From Eledone cirrhosa (lineage: Eukaryota), in contig OZ024741.1 in assembly GCA_964016885.1 (NCBI GenBank), positions 303,552,001 through 303,616,000 of the forward strand: a DNA stretch of 64,000 nucleotides. The letters run 5' to 3'. Shown here piece by piece: positions 39,601 through 57,600 of this stretch (positions are counted from its first letter, which is position 1; each line of letters begins with the position of its first letter). The notes below the pieces were generated by a model. It did no database searches, had not been told where the DNA came from, and saw only the letters and a list, made by a program, of their open reading frames with translations. Position numbers and translations under genes: made by a program.

Positions 39601-42600
39601 ACACCAACATCACTACCAACAACAAGACAACCACAATCAACACCAACATCAATAGAAACACCAACACAACCACAATCAACACCAACATCACTGCCGACAA
39701 CAATACAACCACAATCAACACCAACATCACTACCAACAACAATACAACCACAATCAACACCAACATCACTACCAACAACAACACAATCACGATCAACACC
39801 AACATCACTACCAGTAACAACACAACCACAATCAACAGCAACATAACTACCAACAACAACACAACCACGATCAACACCAACATCACTACCAACAACAACA
39901 CAGGCACAATCAACACCAACATCACTACCAACAACAACACAACCACAATAAACACCAACATCACTACCAAAAACAACACAACCACAATCAACACCAACAT
40001 CACTACAACCACCAACACAACCACAATCAACACCAACATCACTACAACAACAACACAACCACAATCAACACCAACATCACTACCAGTAACAGCACAACCA
40101 CAATCAACACCAACATCACTACCAACAACAACACAACCACAATCAACACCAACATCACTACCAACAACAACACAACCACAATCAACACCAACATCACTAC
40201 CAACAACAACACAAGCACAATCAACACCAACATCACTACCAACAACAACACAACCACAATAAACACCAACATCACTACCAAAAACAACACAACCACAATC
40301 AACACCAACATCTCTACCAACAACAACACAACCACAATCAACACCAATATCACTACAACAACAACACAACCACAATCAACACCAACATCACTACCAGTAA
40401 CAACACAACCACAATCAACACCAACATCACTACCAACAACAACACAACCACAATCAACACCAACATCACTACCAACAACAACACAACCACAATCAACACC
40501 AACATCACTACCAACAACAACACAAACACAATCAACACCAACATCACTACCAACACAATCACAATAAACAGCAACATCACTCCCAACAACAATACAACCA
40601 CAATCAACACCAACATCACTACCAACAACAACACAAACACAATCAACACCAACATCACTACCAACAACAATGCAACCACAATCAACACGAACATCACTAC
40701 CAACAACAATACAACCACAATCAACACCAACATCACTACCAACAACAATACAACCTCAATCAACACCAACATCACTACCAACAACAATACAACGACAATC
40801 AACACCAACATCACTACCAACAACAATACAACCACAATCAACACCAACATCACTACCAACAACAACAGAACCACAATCAACACCAACATCACTGCCAACA
40901 ACAACACAACCACAATCAACACCAACATCACTACCAACAACAAGACAACCACAATCAACACCAACATCAATAGAAACACCAACACAACCACAATCAACTC
41001 CAACATCACTACCAACAACAACACAACCACAATCAACACCAACATCACTACCAACAAAAATACAACCACAATCAACACCAACATCACTACAACCACCAAC
41101 ACAACCAAAATCAACACCAACATAACTACCAGCAACAACACAACCACAATCATCACCAACATCACTATCAACAACAATACAACCACAATCAACACCAACA
41201 TCACTACCAACAAAAACACAACCACAATCAACACCAACATCACTGCCGACAACAATACAACCACAATCAACACCAACATCACTACCAACAACAATACAAC
41301 CACAATCAACACCAACATCACTACCAACAACAACACAATCACGATCAACACCAACATCACTACCAGTAACAACACAACCACAATCAACAGCAACATAACT
41401 ACCAACAACAACACAACCACGATCAACACCAACATCACTACCAACAACAACACAGGCACAATCAACACCAACATCACTACCAACAACAACACAACCACAA
41501 TAAACACCAACATCACTACCAAAAACAACACAACCACAATCAACACCAACATCACTACAACCACCAACACAACCACAATCAACACCAACATCACTACAAC
41601 AACAACACAACCACAATCAACACCAACATCACTACCAGTAACAGCACAACCACAATCAAACCAACAACACTACCAACAACAACACAACCACAATCAACAC
41701 CAACATCACTACCAACAACAACACAACCACAATCAACACCAACATCACTACCAACAACAACACAAGCACAATCAACACCAACATCACTACCAACAACAAC
41801 ACAACCACAATAAACACCAACATCACTACCAAAAACAACACAACCACAATCAACACCAACATCTCTACCAACAACAACACAACCACAATCAACACCAATA
41901 TCACTACAACAACAACACAACCACAATCAACACCAACATCACTACCAGTAACAACACAACCACAATCAACACCAACATCACTACCAACAACAACACAACC
42001 ACAATCAACACCAACATCACTACCAACAACAACACAACCACAATCAACACCAACATCACTACCAACAACAACACAAACACAATCAACACCAACATCACTA
42101 CCAACACAATCACAATAAACAGCAACATCACTCCCAACAACAATACAACCACAATCAACACCAACATCACTACCAACAACAACACAAACACGATCAACAC
42201 CAACATCACTACCAACAACAATGCAACCACAATCAACACGAACATCACTACCAACAACAATACAACCACAATCAACACCAACATCACTACCAACAACAAT
42301 ACAACCTCAATCAACACCAACATCACTACCAACAACAATACAACGACAATCAACACCAACATCACTACCAACAACAATACAACCACAATTAACCCCAACA
42401 TCACTACCAACAACAACACAACCACAATAAACACCAACATCACTACCAACAACAATACAACCACAAGCAACACCAACATCTCTACCAACAGCAACACAAA
42501 CACAATCAACACCAACATCACTACCAACACAATCACAATAAACAGCAACATCACTCCCAACAACAATACAACCACAATCAACACCAACATCACTACCAAC

Positions 42601-45600
42601 AACAACACAAACACAATCAACACCAACATCACTACAAACAACAATGCAACCACAATCAACACGAACATCACTACCAACAACAATACAACCACAATCAACA
42701 CCAACATCACTACCAACAACAATACAACGACAATCAACACCAAGATCACTACCAACAACAATACAACCACAATTAACCCCAACATCACTACCAACAACAA
42801 CACAACCACAATAAACACCAACATCACTACCAACAACAATACAACCACAATCAACACCAACATCACTACCAACAACAACACAACCACAATCAACAGCATC
42901 ATCACTCCCAACAACAATACAACCACAATCAACACCAACATCACTACCAACAACAACACAAACACGATCAACACCAACATCACTACCAACAACAATGCAA
43001 CCACAATCAACACCAACATCACTACCAACAACAATACAACCACAATCAACACCAACATCACTACCAACAACAACAGAACCACAATCAACACCAACATCAC
43101 TGCCAACAACAACACAGCCACAATCAACACCAACATCACTACCAACAGCAAGACAACCACAATCAACACCAACATCAATAGAAACACCAACACAACCACA
43201 ATCAACTCCAACATCACTACCAACAACAACACAACCACAATCAACACTAACATCACTACCAGCAACAATACAACCACAATCAACTCCAACATCACTACCA
43301 ACAACAACACAACCACAATCAACACCAACGTCACTACAACCACAATCAACACCAACGTCACTACAACCACAATCAACACCAACGTCACTACAACCACCAA
43401 CACAACCACAATCAACACCAACATAACTACCAACAACAACACAACCACAATCATGACCAACATCACTATCAACAACAATACAACCTCAATCAACACCAAC
43501 ATCACTACCAACAACAATACAACCACAATAAACACCAACATCACTACAACCACCAACACAACCACAATCAACACCAACATAACTACCAAGAACAACACAA
43601 CCACAATCATCACCAACATCACTATCAACAACAATACAACCACAATCAACACCAACATCGCTACCAACAAAAACACAACCACAATCAACACCAACATCAC
43701 TGCCAACAACAACACAACCACAATCAACACCAACATCACTACCAACAACAACACAACCACAATCAACACCAACATCACTACCAACAACAACACAAGCACA
43801 ATCAACACCAACATCACTACCAACAACAACACAACCACAATAAACACGAACATCACTACCAAAAACAACACAACCACAATCAACACCAACATCTCTACCA
43901 ACAACAACACAAGCACAATCAACACCAACATCACTACCAACAACAACACAACCACAATCAACACCAACATTACTACCAACAACAACACAACCACAATAAA
44001 CACCAACATCACTACCAACAATAATACAATCACAATCAACACCAACAGTACTACCATCAACAACACAACCACAATCAACAGCAACATCACTCCCAACAAC
44101 AATACAACCACAATCAACACCAACATCACTACCAGTAACAACACAACCACAATCAACACCAACATCACTACCAACAACAACACAACCATAATCAACACCA
44201 ACATCACTACCAACAACAACACAACCACAATCAACACCAACATCACTACCAACAACAACACAACCACAATCAACACCAACATCACTACAAACAACAACAC
44301 AACGACAATCAACACCAACATCACTACCAACAACAACACAACCACAATCAACACCAACAATACTACCAGCAACAATACAACCACAATCAACACCAACATC
44401 ACTACCAACAACAATACAACGACAATCAACACCAACATCACTACCAACAACAACACAACCACAATCAACACCAACATTACTACCAGCAACAACACAACTA
44501 CAATAAACACCAACATCACTACCAACAACAATACAACCACGATCAACACCAACATCACTACCAACAACAACACAACCACAATCAACAGTAACATCACTCC
44601 CAACAACAATACAATCACAATCAACACCAACATCACTACCAACAACAACACAAACACAATCAACACCAACATCACTACCAACAACAATACAACCACAATC
44701 AACACCAACATCAATAGAAACACCAACACAACCACAATCAACTCCAACATCACTACCAACAACAACACAACCACAATCAACACTAACATCACTACCAGCA
44801 ACAATACAACAACAATCAACTCCAGCATCACTACCAACAACACAACCACAATCAACACCAACGTCACTACAACCACAATCAACACCAACGTCACTACAAC
44901 CACCAACATAACCACAATCAACACCAACATCACTACCAACAACAATACAACCACCAACACAACCACAATCAACACCAACATCACTACCAACAACAATACA
45001 ACCACAATCAACACCAACATCACTACAACCACCAACACAACCACAATCAACACCAACATAACTACCAACAACAATACAACCACAATCAACACCAACATCA
45101 CTACCAACAAAAACACAACCACAATCAACACCAACATCACTGCCAACAACAATACAACCACAATCAACACCAACATCACTACCAACAACAATAGAACCAC
45201 CATCAACACCAACATCACTACCAACAACACAATCACGATCAACACCAACATCACTACCAGTAACAACAGAACCACAATCAACACCAACATCACTACAACC
45301 ACCAACACAACCACAATCAGCACCAACATCACTACCAACAACAATACAACCTCAATCAACACCAACATAACTACCAACAACAACACAACCAAAATAAACA
45401 CCAACATCACTACCAACAACAACACAATCACAATCAACACCAACATCACTACAACCAACAACACAACCACAATCAACACCAACATCACTACAACAACAAC
45501 ACAACCACAATCAACACCAACATCACTACCAGTAACAACACAACCACAATCAACACCAACATCACTACCAACAACAACACAACCACAATAAACACCAACA

Positions 45601-48600
45601 TCACTACCAACAACAACACAACCACAATCAACACCAACATCACTACCAACAACAACACAAGCACAATCAACACCAACATCACTACCAACAACAACACAAC
45701 CACAATAAACACCAACATCACTACCAAAAACAACACAACCACAATCAACACCAACATCTCTACCAACAACAACACAACCACAATCAACACCAATATCACT
45801 ACAACAACAACACAACCACAATCAACACCAACATCATAACCAACAACAACAAAACCACAATCAACACCAACATCACTACCGACAACAACACAACCACAAT
45901 CAACACCAACATCACTACCAACAACAACACAACCACAATCAACACCAACATCACTACCAACAACAACACAACCACAATCAACACCAACATCACTACCAAC
46001 AACAACACAACCACAACGTAACACCAACATCACTACCAACAACAACACAACTACAATCAACACCAACATCTCTACCAACAATAACACAACCACAATCAAC
46101 ACCAATATCACTACAACAACAACACAACCACAATCAACACCAACATCATTACCAACAACAACACAAACACAATCAACACCAACATCACTACCAACAACAA
46201 CACAACCACAATCAACACCAACATCACTACCAACAACAACACAACCACAATCAACACCAACATCACTACCAACAACAACACAACCACAATCAACACCAAC
46301 ATCACTACAAACAACAACACAACGACAATCAACACCAACATCACTACCAACAACAACACAACCACAATCAACACCAACAATACTACCAGCAACAATACAA
46401 CCACAATCAACACCAACATCACTACCAACAACAATACAACGACAATCAACACCAACATCACTACCAACAACAACACAACCACAATCAACACCAACATCAC
46501 TACCAACAACAACACAACTACAATAAACACCAACATCACTACCAACAACAATACAACCACAATCAACACCAACATCAATAGAAACACCAACACAACCACA
46601 ATCATCTCCAACATCACTACCAACAACAACACAACCACAATCAACACTAACATCACTACCAGCAACAATACAACAACAATCAACTCCAGCATCACTACCA
46701 ACAACAACACAACCACAATCAACACCAACGTCACTACAACCACAATCAACACCAACGTCACTACAACCACCAACACAACCACAATCAACACCAACATCAC
46801 TACCAACAACAATACAACCACAATCAACACCAACATCACTACAACCACCAACACAACCACAATCAACACCAACATAACTACCAACAACAATACAACCACA
46901 ATCAACACCAACATCACTACCAACAAAAACACAACCACAATCAACACCAACATCACTGCCAACAACAATACAACCACAATCAACACCAACATCACTACCA
47001 ACAACAATAGAACCACCATCAACACCAACATCACTACCAACAACAACACAATCACGATCAACACCAACATCACTACCAGTAACAACAGAACCACAATCAA
47101 CACCAACATCACTACAACCACCAACACAACCACAATCAGCACCAACATCACTACCAACAACAATACAACCTCAATCAACACCAACATCACTACCAACAAC
47201 AACACAAACAAAATAAACACCAACATCCACTACCAACAACAACACAATCACAATCAACACCAACATCACTACAACCACCAACACAACCACAATCAACACC
47301 AACATCACTACAACAACAACACAACCACAATCAACACCAACATCACTACCAGTAACAACACAACCACAATCAACACCAACATCACTACCAACAACAATAC
47401 AACCACAATCAACACCAACATCACTACAACCACCAACACAACCACAATCAACACCAACATAACTACCAACAACAATACAACCACAATCAACACCAACATC
47501 ACTACCAACAAAAACACAACCACAATCAACACCAACATCACTGCCAACAACAATACAACCACAATCAACACCAACATCACTACCAACAACAATAGAACCA
47601 CCATCAACACCAACATCACTACCAACAACAACACAATCACGATCAACACCAACATCACTACCAGTAACAACAGAACCACAATCAACACCAACATCACTAC
47701 AACCACCAACACAACCACAATCAGCACCAACATCACTACCAACAACAATACAACCTCAATCAACACCAACATAACTACCAACAACAACACAACCAAAATA
47801 AACACCAACATCACTACCAACAACAACACAATCACAATCAACACCAACATCACTACAACCAACAACACAACCACAATCAACACCAACATCACTACAACAA
47901 CAACACAACCACAATCAACACCAACATCACTACCAGTAACAACACAACCACAATCAACACCAACATCACTACCAACAACAACACAACCACAATCAACACC
48001 AACATCACTACCAACAACAACACAAGCACAATCAACACCAACATCACTACCAACAACAACACAACCACAATAAACACCAACATCACTACCAAAAACAACA
48101 CAACCACAATCAACACCAACATCTCTACCAACAACAACACAACCACAATCAACACCAATATCACTACAACAACAACACAACCACAATCAACACCAACATC
48201 ATAACCAACAACAACAAAACCACAATCAACACCAACATCACTACCGACAACAACACAACCACAATCAACACCAACATCACTACCAACAACAACACAACCA
48301 CAATCAACACCAACATCACTACCAACAACAACACAACCACAATCAACACCAACATCACTACCAACAACAACACAACCACAACGTAACACCAACATCACTA
48401 CCAACAACAACACAACTACAATCAACACCAACATCTCTACCAACAACAACACAACCACAATCAACACCAATATCACTACAACAACAACACAACCACAATC
48501 AACACCAATATCACTACAACAACAACACAACCACAATCAACACCAACATCATAACCAACAAAAACACAACCACAATCAACACCAACATCACTGCCAACAA

Positions 48601-51600
48601 CAATACAACCACAATCAACACCAACATCACTACCAACAACAATAGAACCACCATCAACACCAACATCACTACCAACAACAACACAATCACGATCAACACC
48701 AACATCACTACCAGTAACAACAGAACCACAATCAACACCAACATCACTACAACCACCAACACAACCACAATCAGCACCAACATCACTACCAACAACAATA
48801 CAACCTCAATCAACACCAACATCACTACCAACAACAACACAAACAAAATAAACACCAACATCCACTACCAACAACAACACAATCACAATCAACACCAACA
48901 TCACTACCAACAACAACACAACCACAATCAACACCAACATCACTACCAACAACAACACAACCACAATCAACACCAACATCACTACCAACAACAACACAAC
49001 CACAATCAACACCAACATCACTACAAACAACAACACAACGACAATCAACACCAACATCACTACCAACAACAACACAACCACAATCAACACCAACAATACT
49101 ACCAGCAACAATACAACCACAATCAACACCAACATCACTACCAACAACATTACAACGACAATCAACACCAACATCACTACCAACAACAACACAACCACAA
49201 TCAACACCAACATCACTACCAACAACAACACAACTACAATAAACACCAACATCACTACCAACAACAATACAACCACAATCAACACCAACATCACTACCAA
49301 CAACAACACAACCACAATCAACAGTAACATCACTCCCAACAACAATACAATCACAATCAACACCAACATCACTACCAACAACAACACAAACACAATCAAC
49401 ACCAACATCACTACCAACAACAATACAACCACAATCAACACCAACATCACTACCAACAACAACAGAACCACAATCAACACCAACATCACTGCCAACAACA
49501 ACACAACCACAATCAACACCAACATCACTACCAACAACAAGACAACCACAATCAACACCAACATCAATAGAAACACCAACACAACCACAATCAACTCCAA
49601 CATCACTACCAACAACAACACAACCACAATCAACACTAACATCACTACCAGCAACAATACAACAACAATCAACTCCAGCATCACTACCAACAACAACACA
49701 ACCACAATCAACACCAACGTCACTACAACCACAATCAACACCAACGTCACTACAACCACCAACACAATCACAATCAACACCAACATCACTACCAACAACA
49801 ATACAACCACAATCAACACCAACATCACTACAACCACCAACACAACCACAATCAACACCAACATAACTACCAACAACAATACAACCACAATCAACACCAA
49901 CATCACTACCAACAAAAACACAACCACAATCAACACCAACATCACTGCCAACAACAATACAACCACAATCAACACCAACATCACTACCAACAACAATAGA
50001 ACCACCATCAACACCAACATCACTACCAACAACAACACAATCACGATCAACACCAACATCACTACCAGTAACAACAGAACCACAATCAACACCAACATCA
50101 CTACAACCACCAACACAACCACAATCAGCACCAACATCACTACCAACAACAATACAACCTCAATCAACACCAACATCACTACCAACAACAACACAAACAA
50201 AATAAACACCAACATCCACTACCAACAACAACACAATCACAATCAACACCAACATCACTACAACCACCAACACAACCACAATCAACACCAACATCACTAC
50301 AACAACAACACAACCACAATCAACACCAACATCACTACCAGTAACAACACAACCACAATCAACACCAACATCACTACCAACAACAACACAAGCAAAATCA
50401 ACACCAACATCACTACCAACAACAACACAACCACAATAAACACCAACATCACTACCAAAAACAACACAACCACAATCAACACCAACATCTCTACCAACAA
50501 CAACACAACCACAATCAACACCAATATCACTACAACAACAACACAACCACAATCAACACCAACATCATTACCAACAACAACAAAACCACAATCAACACCA
50601 ACATCACTACCGACAACAACACAACCACAATCAACACCAACATCACTACCAACATCAACACAACCACAATCAACACCAACATCACTACCAACAACAACAC
50701 AACCACAATCAACACCAACATCACTACCAACAACAACACAACCACAACGTAACACCAACATCACTACCAACAACAACACAACTACAATCAACACCAACAT
50801 CTCTACCATCAACAACACAACCACAATCAATACCAATATCACTACAACAACAACACAACCACAATCAACACCAACATCATTACCAACAACAACACAAACA
50901 CAATCAACACCAACATCACTACCAACAGCAATGCAACCACAATCAACACGAACATCACTACCAACAACAATACAACCACAATCAACACCAACATCACTAC
51001 CAACAACAACACAATCACGATCAACACCAACATCACTACCAGTAACAACAGAACCACAATCAACACCAACATCACTACCAACAAAAACACAACCACAATC
51101 AACACCAACATCACTGCCAACAACAATACAACCACAATCAACACCAACATCACTACCAACAACAATAGAACCACCATCAACACCAACATCACTACCAACA
51201 ACAACACAATCACGATCAACACCAACATCACTACCAGTAACAACAGAACCACAATCAACACCAACATCACTACAACCACCAACACAACCACAATCAGCAC
51301 CAACATCACTACCAACAACAATACAACCTCAATCAACACCAACATCACTACCAACAACAACACAAACAAAATAAACACCAACATCCACTACCAACAACAA
51401 CACAATCACAATCAACACCAACATCACTACAACCACCAACACAACCACAATCAACACCAACATCACTACAACAACAACACAACCACAATCAACACCAACA
51501 TCACTACCAGTAACAACACAACCACAATCAACACCAACATCACTACCAACAACAATACAACCACAATCAACACCAGCATCACTACAACCACCAACACAAC

Positions 51601-54600
51601 CACAATCAACACCAACATAACTACCAACAACAATACAACCACAATCAACACCAACATCACTACCAACAAAAACACAACCACAATCAACACCAACATCACT
51701 GCCAACAACAATACAACCACAATCAACACCAACATCACTACCAACAACAATAGAACCACCATCAACACCAACATCACTACCAACAACAACACAATCACGA
51801 TCAACACCAACATCACTACCAGTAACAACAGAACCACAATCAACACCAACATCACTACAACCACCAACACAACCACAATCAGCACCAACATCACTACCAA
51901 CAACAATACAACCTCAATCAACACCAACATAACTACCAACAACAACACAACCAAAATAAACACCAACATCACTACCAACAACAACACAATCACAATCAAC
52001 ACCAACATCACTACAACCAACAACACAACCACAATCAACACCAACATCACTACAACAACAACACAACCACAATCAACACCAACATCACTACCAGTAACAA
52101 CACAACCACAATCAACACCAACATCACTACCAACAACAACACAACCACAATCAACACCAACATCACTACCAACAACAACACAAGCACAATCAACACCAAC
52201 ATCACTACCAACAACAACACAACCACAATAAACACCAACATCACTACCAAAAACAACACAACCACAATCAACACCAACATCTCTACCAACAACAACACAA
52301 CCACAATCAACACCAATATCACTACAACAACAACACAACCACAATCAACACCAACATCATAACCAACAACAACAAAACCACAATCAACACCAACATCACT
52401 ACCGACAACAACACAACCACAATCAACACCAACATCACTACCAACAACAACACAACCACAATCAACACCAACATCACTACCAACAACAACACAACCACAA
52501 TCAACACCAACATCACTACCAACAACAACACAACCACAACGTAACACCAACATCACTACCAACAACAACACAACTACAATCAACACCAACATCTCTACCA
52601 ACAACAACACAACCACAATCAACACCAATATCACTACAACAACAACACAACCACAATCAACACCAATATCACTACAACAACAACACAACCACAATCAACA
52701 CCAACATCATAACCAACAAAAACACAACCACAATCAACACCAACATCACTGCCAACAACAATACAACCACAATCAACACCAACATCACTACCAACAACAA
52801 TAGAACCACCATCAACACCAACATCACTACCAACAACAACACAATCACGATCAACACCAACATCACTACCAGTAACAACAGAACCACAATCAACACCAAC
52901 ATCACTACAACCACCAACACAACCACAATCAGCACCAACATCACTACCAACAACAATACAACCTCAATCAACACCAACATCACTACCAACAACAACACAA
53001 ACAAAATAAACACCAACATCCACTACCAACAACAACACAATCACAATCAACACCAACATCACTACCAACAACAACACAACCACAATCAACACCAACATCA
53101 CTACCAACAACAACACAACCACAATCAACACCAACATCACTACCAACAACAACACAACCACAATCAACACCAACATCACTACAAACAACAACACAACGAC
53201 AATCAACACCAACATCACTACCAACAACAACACAACCACAATCAACACCAACAATACTACCAGCAACAATACAACCACAATCAACACCAACATCACTACC
53301 AACAACAATACAACGACAAACAACACCAACATCACTACCAACAACAACACAACCACAATCAACACCAACATCACTACCAACAACAACACAACTACAATAA
53401 ACACCAACATCACTACCAACAACAATACAACCACAATCAACACCAACATCACTACCAACAACAACACAACCACAATCAACAGTAACATCACTCCCAACAA
53501 CAATACAATCACAATCAACACCAACATCACTACCAACAACAACACAAACACAATCAACACCAACATCACTACCAACAACAATACAACCACAATCAACACC
53601 AACATCACTACCAACAACAACAGAACCACAATCAACACCAACATCACTGCCAACAACAACACAACCACAATCAACACCAACATCACTACCAACAACAAGA
53701 CAACCACAATCAACACCAACATCAATAGAAACACCAACACAACCACAATCAACTCCAACATCACTACCAACAACAACACAACCACAATCAACACTAACAT
53801 CACTACCAGCAACAATACAACAACAATCAACTCCAGCATCACTACCAACAACAACACAACCACAATCAACACCAACGTCACTACAACCACAATCAACACC
53901 AACGTCACTACAACCACCAACACAACCACAATCAACACCAACATCACTACCAACAACAATACAACCACAATCAACACCAACATCACTACAACCACCAACA
54001 CAACCACAATCAACGCCAACATCACTACCAACAACAACACAACCACAATCAACACCAATATCACTACCAACAACAATACAACGACAATCAACACCAACAT
54101 CACTACCAACAACAACACAAACACAATCAACAACAACAATACTACCAGCAACAATACAACCTCAATCAACACCAACATCACTACCAACAACAATACAACG
54201 ACAATCAACACCAACATCACTAGCAACAACAATACAACGACAATCAACACCAACATCACTACCAACAACAATACAACGACAATCAACACCAACATCACTA
54301 CCAACAACAATACAACCACAATCAACACCAACATCACTCCCAACAACAATACAACCACAATCAACACCAACATCACTACCAACAACAACACAAACACAAT
54401 CAACACCAACAATACTACCAGCAACAATACAACCTCAATCAACGCCAACATCACTACCAACAACAATACAACGACAATCAACACCAACATCACTACCAAC
54501 AACAATACAACGACAATCAACACCAACATCACTACCAACAACAATACAACGACAATCAACACCAACATCACTACCAACAACAATACAACCACAATTAACC

Positions 54601-57600
54601 CCAACATCACTACCAACAACAACACAACCACAATAAACACCAACATCACTACCAACAACAATACAACTACAATCAACAGCAACATCACTACCAACAACAA
54701 CACGACCACAATCAACAGCAACATCACTCCGAACAACAATACAACCACAATCAACACCAACATCACTACCAACAACAACACAACCACAATCAACACCAAC
54801 ATCACTACCAACAACAATACAACCACAATTAACCCCAACATCACTACCAACAACAACACAACCACAATCAACACCAACATCACTACCAACAACAATACAA
54901 CCACAATTAACCCCAACATCACTACCAACAACAACACAACCACAATCAACACCAACATCACTACCAACAACAATGCAACCACAATCAACACCAACATCAC
55001 TACCAACAACAATACAACCACAATCAACACCAACATCACTACCAACAACAACAGAACCACAATCAACACCAACATCACTGCCAACAACAACACAACCACA
55101 ATCAACACCAACATCACTACCAACAACAAGACAACCACAATCAACACCAACATCAATAGAAACACCAACACAACCACAATCAACTCCAACATCACTACCA
55201 ACAACAACACAACCACAATCAACACTAACATCACTACCAGCAAAAATACAACCACAATCAACTCCAACATCACTACCAACAACAACACAACCACAATCAA
55301 CACCAACGTCACTACAACCACAATCAACACCAACGTCACTACAACCACCAACACAACCACAATCAACACCAACATCACTACCAACAACAATACAACCACA
55401 GTCAACACCAACATCACTACAACCACCAACACAACCACAATCAACACCAACATAACTACCAACAACAACACAACCACAATCATCACCAACATCACTATCA
55501 ACAACAATACAACCACAATCAACACCGACATCACTACCAACAAAAACACAACCACAATCAACACCAACATCACTGCCAACAACAATACAACCACAATCAA
55601 CACCAACATCACTACCAACAACAATACAACCACAATCAACACCAACATCACTACCAACAACAACACAATCACGATCAACACCAACATCACTACCAGTAAC
55701 AACACAACCACAATCAACAGCAACATAACTGCCAACAACAACACAACAACAATCAACACCAACATCACTACCAACAACAACACAAGCACAATCAGCACCA
55801 ACATCACTACCAACAACAACACAACCACAATAAACACCAACATCACTACCAACAACAACACAACCACAATCAACACCAACATCACTACAACCACCAACAC
55901 AACCACAATCAACACCAACATCACTACAACAACAACACAATCACAATCAACACCAACATCACTACCAGTAACAACACAACCACAATCAACACCAACATCA
56001 CTACCAACAACAACACAACCACAATCAACACCAACATCACTACCAACAACAACACAATCACAATCAACACCAACATCACTACCGACAACAACACAACCAC
56101 AATCAACACCAACATCACTTCCAACAACAACACAACCACAATCAACACCAACATCACTACCAACAACAACACAACCACAATCAACACCAACATCACTACC
56201 AACAACAACACAACCACAACGTAACACCAACATCACTACCAACAACAACACAACTACAATCAACACCAACATCACTACCAGCAACAATACAACCTCAATT
56301 AACACCAACATCACTACCAACACAACCACAATAAACAGCAACATCACTCCCAACAACAATACAACCACAATCAACACCAACATCACTACCAACAACAACA
56401 CAAACACAATCAACACCAACATCACTACCAACAACAATGCAACCACAATCAACACCAACATCACTACCAACAACAATACAACCACAATCAACACCAACAT
56501 CACTACCAACAACAACAGAACCACAATCAACACCAACATCACTGCCAACAACAACACAACCACAATCAACACCAACATCACTACCAACAACAATACAACC
56601 ACAATCAACACCAACATCAATAGAAACACCAACACAAACACAATCAACTCCAACATCACTACCAAAAACAACACAACCACAATCAACACTAACATCACTA
56701 CCAGCAACAATACAACCACAATCAACACCAACATCACTACCAACAACAACACAACCACAATCAACACCAACGTCACTACAACCACCAACACAACCACAAT
56801 CAACACCAACATCAATACAACCACCAACACAACCACAATCAACACCAACATAACTACCAACAACAACACAACCACAATCAACACCAACATCACTACCAAC
56901 AACAATGCAACCACAATCAACACCAACATCACTACCAACAACAACACAACCACAATCAACACCAACACCACTACCAACAACAACACAACCACAACGTAAC
57001 ACCAACATCACTACCAACAACAACACAACCACAATCAACACCAACATCACTACCAACAACAATGCAACCACAATCAACACCAACATCACTACCAACAACA
57101 ACACAACCACAATCAACACCAACATCACTACCAACAACAACACAACCACAACGTAACACCAACATCACTACCAACAACAACACAACCACAATCAACACCA
57201 ACATCACTACCAACAACAACACAACCACAACGTAACACCAACATCACTACCAACAACAACACAACCACAATCAACACCAAAATCACTACCAGCAACAATA
57301 CAACCTCAATTAACACCAACATCACTACCAACACAACCACAATAAACAGCAACATCACTCCCAAAAACAATACAACCACAATCAACACCAACATCACTAC
57401 CAACAACAACACAAACACAATCAACACCAACATCACTACCAACAACAATGCAACCACAATCAACACCAACATCACTACCAACAACAATACAACCACAATC
57501 AACACCAACATCACTACCAACAACAACAGAACCACAATCAACACCAACATCACTGCCAACAACAACACAACCACAATCAACACCAACATCACTACCAACA

